Assembly: GCA_051885355.1 (NCBI GenBank)
Contig: JBJEXC010000011.1
Span: forward strand, 1-63,844
Length of the DNA: 63,844 nt
Reading direction: 5' to 3'
Origin: Alphaproteobacteria bacterium
Lineage (GTDB): Bacteria; Pseudomonadota; Alphaproteobacteria; Rs-D84; CACZYB01
The position numbers and the translations under genes are program-made. Positions 60,224 through 63,844 of the stretch are shown one piece after another. Under the pieces are notes generated by a model. The model was not told the DNA's origin and searched no databases. It saw nothing but the letters and a program-made list of their open reading frames with translations. Within the stretch, counting starts at the first letter, position 1; the number at the start of each line of letters is the position of its first letter.

Positions 60224-61252
60224 CTATTTATATCTAATATCAATATACTTTCCCAAATTATAATCATATACTTCCAAAGTATCAACCCCTTTCAAGGAAG
60301 TACTTTTATGTAAATTTATAATTTCTCCATCTCTTGTACTTCCAATTATAGCATTATTTTTATGGATAGGTTCAACAACATTTATAGAGCTAAAATCGTC
60401 TAAAGCATTTCCTCCCTTCTCATAATTAATAACTTTTTTAGGACTATTTTGAATTGTTGATAGTTTAGAATCCTTCAAAATATTATCAAAACTATTAACT
60501 TTATCAACTGGTTTTAAATCAGTTCCTATACCACTAATATGATCTATATCTAATGCATCATCTACCTTACTCATTAACTTAGAACCAACCTTATTTACAG
60601 CTTTTCCTCCTACATATAATCCCCCTCCAATGATTAAATCTGTCGCTCCTTCCTTTAAATTACCTTCAGCTGTATATATTTTCCCATTTATTGGATCAAC
60701 ATAAGTTGTTTTTCCTTTATATCCTTCTCCATCAAACCATGCATATATTTTCCTTGCACTATCTTGGATTGAGTAAATACTTGCTGCAATGGCTAATCCA
60801 GTCAATATAAAACCATCTCCTCTACCCTCTCCTGTCATAGTATTATGCAAATCCGATATAAGTCCAAGACTTCCCTCCCTTATCGTATCCTCTCCGCTAT
60901 GAGATTCTAACCACTCATCTCCTCCCATTCCATTAGTATTCTCGTTACCATAGTTCTTTAGTCCGAAGATTCCTGCTCCTGTATCTCCTCTATTCTTCGC
61001 AGTAATCTCATTTGCATTATGTTCTTCAAAGTTTGTAGTTTCGTGATACAACGCATTCATCAAAGCTTTTGGATCGGACATATCTATATTTGCCATATTA
61101 AGCGTTATATTTTTTACTTCGCTGTCGTTACTTTGATATGCAAAACCTATTATATTTCCATTTTCTGTTGTTGTATGTGGAACATAGTAGACATTTACAC
61201 TTGATGTAAATGTGAAGAGGAGAATGAGGATATAGGTGAGGAGTTTAGTCAT
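60224..61252 (-). CDS. Leader-bearing polymorphic toxin cassette T1
   Basis: Leader MTKLLTYILILLFTFTSSVNVYY, then about 650 bp identical to the partial ORF at the window edge, then a unique 110-aa tip. Confidence 0.75.
   Translation of the reverse strand: MTKLLTYILILLFTFTSSVNVYYVPHTTTENGNIIGFAYQSNDSEVKNITLNMANIDMSDPKALMNALYHETTNFEEHNANEITAKNRGDTGAGIFGLKNYGNENTNGMGGDEWLESHSGEDTIREGSLGLISDLHNTMTGEGRGDGFILTGLAIAASIYSIQDSARKIYAWFDGEGYKGKTTYVDPINGKIYTAEGNLKEGATDLIIGGGLYVGGKAVNKVGSKLMSKVDDALDIDHISGIGTDLKPVDKVNSFDNILKDSKLSTIQNSPKKVINYEKGGNALDDFSSINVVEPIHKNNAIIGSTRDGEIINLHKSTSLKGVDTLEVYDYNLGKYIDIRYK
60513..61161. repeat. About 650-bp direct repeat, copy 1 (identical by eye to 62808-63457)
   Basis: Line-by-line comparison of T1 and T0 DNA. 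Confidence 0.85.
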
Positions 61253-61691
61253 TTATTTTTTTTAATGTAAAAACACAATCTTTTATATTCATTGTTTTAT
61301 ATATAATATTATTATTTAATTTCACAGAGTATTTCACTATATCATTCGGATATTTATCATGAGTTAAAAAATTATTATAAGAAGAATATAAATCATTAAA
61401 TAATAGTTTACATTTTTTATCACAATATAATTCAACTTTATAACTATTAAGAGGATAATCAACAAAACAATATTTTAATGATTTATGAAAATTATCAAGA
61501 ACTGTTATATTCTTAGCCCATATATCTTCATCAAGAAAATCATCTTCCCAACGCATAATTGGAAAAGATTTTTCATTAACAAAATCTAATATTTTTTTAT
61601 AATTATACACTAAATCATTAGGATTTAAAATATCTTGCACTTTATCTTTAATATTGTAAGTTTTATCTTTTTTTTTATTAATACCAAACAT
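61245..61691 (-). CDS. Immunity-like protein (148 aa)
   Basis: ATG preceded by AGGTGATTAAT. Ends ...IND overlapping the T1 leader ATG. Confidence 0.5.
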   Translation of the reverse strand: MFGINKKKDKTYNIKDKVQDILNPNDLVYNYKKILDFVNEKSFPIMRWEDDFLDEDIWAKNITVLDNFHKSLKYCFVDYPLNSYKVELYCDKKCKLLFNDLYSSYNNFLTHDKYPNDIVKYSVKLNNNIIYKTMNIKDCVFTLKKIND

Positions 61692-61700
61692 ATTAATCAC

Positions 61701-62051
61701 CTAATCAAATTCTACAATATCATTAAAATCTCTAACAACATATAAATAATGTTCATTATTATTTCTTATTAAAACGGCTTCTGGTCCATTAAAACCTGTA
61801 TCACTCATATCAATCTCAATATAATTATTATTGTTTAAGATAAGTTTTATATAAGTATTTTCTTTTTCTTCTATTTCTATTATGCTTTTCCCAATTAAAT
61901 TTTCCAATCTATCATTAAATATGTATGTATTAACTATTTCAATATTAAATAAATTATTCAAACCCAAAGTAATATCCTTATCAATTCCAATATAAATGCC
62001 AACAATACTTTGATTTAACAATTTGTCTTTTAATTCACTTTTTATATACAT
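61701..62051 (-). CDS. Immunity-like protein (116 aa), paralog of 62111-62461
   Basis: Shares a C-terminal pattern with its neighbour (...PEA..L.....N..YL....FN[DE]I..F). Confidence 0.5.
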   Translation of the reverse strand: MYIKSELKDKLLNQSIVGIYIGIDKDITLGLNNLFNIEIVNTYIFNDRLENLIGKSIIEIEEKENTYIKLILNNNNYIEIDMSDTGFNGPEAVLIRNNNEHYLYVVRDFNDIVEFD

Positions 62052-62110
62052 TTTTATCTCCTTTATTTTATTTAATAGGAAAATTACATTAGATTTCCTG
62101 ATTTTAACTT

Positions 62111-62461
62111 CTACCTAAAATCATATATTTCATTAAAATTATTGTAAATAAGATAAATATTATTTCCCTCAGATTTTAAAGAAAAGGCTTCTGGGGTATC
62201 ACAAGAATCGGCATCTAATCCAATAAAGAATTCCAAAGAGTTATCTAAAACAAATTTAATTTTTTCATCCAAACAAGCCTGTATTTTTATTATGTTATGA
62301 TTTTTACATTCTTCTATACCAAAAGGGAAATAACACTTGTTATTGACTGAAAGATAAATATCTTTATCAAATTCAAAATCATAAACAGAAATATTATCTT
62401 TTATAGAGATCAATCGTTTATTTAAAAGGATATTATTTAAACGTTTTTCAATTTCTAACAT
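62111..62461 (-). CDS. Immunity-like protein (116 aa), cognate position for the edge toxin ORF
   Basis: The ATG lies 1 nt after the stop of 62463-63844 and is preceded by AGGTGAT. Confidence 0.55.
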   Translation of the reverse strand: MLEIEKRLNNILLNKRLISIKDNISVYDFEFDKDIYLSVNNKCYFPFGIEECKNHNIIKIQACLDEKIKFVLDNSLEFFIGLDADSCDTPEAFSLKSEGNNIYLIYNNFNEIYDFR

Positions 62462-62462
62462 A

Positions 62463-63844
62463 TTAATCACCTATTTTTATAGAAAAATGCCCTTTCATTC
62501 CTTCATCTATTTGTTTTAATGTATAAGGATCAATACCTGCGTTACTTTTTGGTAAAGAATACTTTACATACCCATTAGGATATGCAGGTATTTTACCATT
62601 ATTTTTAGCTTCCACAGGATTCATAATTCTCATATCAACTTGTGTTCCTTTTATTGTACCACCTTCTAATATAACGCCTTTCCCATTATTTGCAAGGTTT
62701 AGTGTATAATTTTCTGGAACAGGAAATACTTGACCTGAAGAATCCACAAAGAAATTTGTTCCTGTCTTAGGTAATGGTTTTGCGACCTTCTCCGCTTCTC
62801 CAAGATATTTTAAATCAGTTCCTATACCACTAATATGATCTATATCTAATGCATCATCTACCTTACTCATTAACTTAGAACCAACCTTATTTACAGCTTT
62901 TCCTCCTACATATAATCCCCCTCCAATGATTAAATCTGTCGCTCCTTCCTTTAAATTACCTTCAGCTGTATATATTTTCCCATTTATTGGATCAACATAA
63001 GTTGTTTTTCCTTTATATCCTTCTCCATCAAACCATGCATATATTTTCCTTGCACTATCTTGGATTGAGTAAATACTTGCTGCAATGGCTAATCCAGTCA
63101 ATATAAAACCATCTCCTCTACCCTCTCCTGTCATAGTATTATGCAAATCCGATATAAGTCCAAGACTTCCCTCCCTTATCGTATCCTCTCCGCTATGAGA
63201 TTCTAACCACTCATCTCCTCCCATTCCATTAGTATTCTCGTTACCATAGTTCTTTAGTCCGAAGATTCCTGCTCCTGTATCTCCTCTATTCTTCGCAGTA
63301 ATCTCATTTGCATTATGTTCTTCAAAGTTTGTAGTTTCGTGATACAACGCATTCATCAAAGCTTTTGGATCGGACATATCTATATTTGCCATATTAAGCG
63401 TTATATTTTTTACTTCGCTGTCGTTACTTTGATATGCAAAACCTATTATATTTCCATCTACATTTGCAAGTTTTAAATCTCCACTAAATCCGCCACCTTC
63501 TGCTACAAAATCAGCAACTTGTTGTAATATGGCTTGAGCTTCTGGAGAATCAAAATCAGTCATTCCGTTAAGAGCCACAACTAAATCCCTACGTTTCTCC
63601 TGCAACTCTGTCATCTGCCTGTCTTGCTTTACATAGTCTGCAATCGTATCTATCAAATCCTTCGTTTTATCAGTAATTGCATTTTCTATCGCCTTTACTA
63701 CTATATTGTTTCTCAACCCACTTCCTATTTGAACAAGGTTATCCCCTATCTCCTCATGTTGCTTAACTATCTCCGCTCTTCCCTCTCCACTAAATACCCT
63801 ATTGTCTATAGTCATACTTCCATCCAAAGCACCAGTGATTTTAT
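62463..63844 (-). CDS. C-terminal part of a toxin-bearing exoprotein T0 (5' end outside the window)
   Basis: The frame is open to the window edge, where it reads KITGALDGSMTIDNRVFSGEG, identical to T2 and T3. It then has a linker, a degenerate zincin-like module (LYHETTNFEEH), the shared middle domain and a unique tip. Confidence 0.8.
   Translation of the reverse strand, partial: KITGALDGSMTIDNRVFSGEGRAEIVKQHEEIGDNLVQIGSGLRNNIVVKAIENAITDKTKDLIDTIADYVKQDRQMTELQEKRRDLVVALNGMTDFDSPEAQAILQQVADFVAEGGGFSGDLKLANVDGNIIGFAYQSNDSEVKNITLNMANIDMSDPKALMNALYHETTNFEEHNANEITAKNRGDTGAGIFGLKNYGNENTNGMGGDEWLESHSGEDTIREGSLGLISDLHNTMTGEGRGDGFILTGLAIAASIYSIQDSARKIYAWFDGEGYKGKTTYVDPINGKIYTAEGNLKEGATDLIIGGGLYVGGKAVNKVGSKLMSKVDDALDIDHISGIGTDLKYLGEAEKVAKPLPKTGTNFFVDSSGQVFPVPENYTLNLANNGKGVILEGGTIKGTQVDMRIMNPVEAKNNGKIPAYPNGYVKYSLPKSNAGIDPYTLKQIDEGMKGHFSIKIGD
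62808..63457. repeat. About 650-bp direct repeat, copy 2
   Basis: See 60513-61161. Confidence 0.85.

Noticed and set aside
39886-63844. Calling the accessory region an integrative element, ICE or prophage
   Set aside because: No integrase, relaxase, T4SS, capsid or tail genes are visible, and the right border is outside the window. Only an accessory region adjacent to a tRNA can be supported.

Overview
This is a 63.8-kb chromosomal segment from an AT-rich diderm bacterium, judged from lptA/lptB/lptE and a TpsB outer-membrane transporter. The ftsQ-ftsA and lptE-holA synteny and an alphaproteobacterial-style HTH protein hint at a low-GC proteobacterium, but taxonomy cannot be fixed from the sequence alone.

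**Layout**
- **1-13.4 kb and 22.4-39.9 kb: housekeeping.** Genes are rpe, an ABC-exporter-like gene with a degenerate ATPase domain, ftsA, ftsQ, rsmE, ligA, lptA, lptB, obg, lon, glgX, aroK, lptE, holA, a GH13 amylase, a membrane transporter, an RluB/RsuA-type pseudouridine synthase, tgt, polA and a GNAT gene. There are three tRNAs (Thr, Tyr, Arg) and a probable partial RNase P RNA at the left edge.
- **13.5-21.7 kb: a complete type II-C CRISPR-Cas locus.** It has cas9 (1287 aa), cas1, cas2, 30 repeats of 36 bp with 29 spacers, and a tracrRNA. Every repeat carries a near-consensus sigma70 promoter, and array and tracrRNA read opposite to the cas operon.
- **39.9-63.8 kb (after tRNA-Arg): accessory DNA.** It holds hypothetical or effector-like genes, an LMW tyrosine phosphatase, an orphan phage lysis cassette, an AbiEi/AbiEii module with operator repeats, a GIY-YIG protein, a DUF4143-type ATPase and a TpsB (ShlB/FhaC) gene.

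**Most interesting feature.** An array of about 11 kb (52.6-63.8 kb, minus strand) holds six mosaic polymorphic-toxin ORFs and ten small immunity-like ORFs.
- Five toxin cassettes, plus a sixth remnant copy that has lost its toxin, begin with the same translated, signal-peptide-like 23-aa leader. The first toxin ORF runs off the window edge, so its 5' end is unseen.
- In four of the five cassettes the leader ATG is embedded in the stop of the preceding immunity gene.
- The leader is fused in frame at four different depths of a CdiA/FhaB-like pre-toxin region.

**Phase-variation candidates.** Two G9 homopolymer tracts stand out in this AT-rich DNA. One lies inside a glycosyltransferase ORF; the other fills the -35/-10 spacer of a promoter.

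All functional calls rest on motif recognition by eye. No database search was run.
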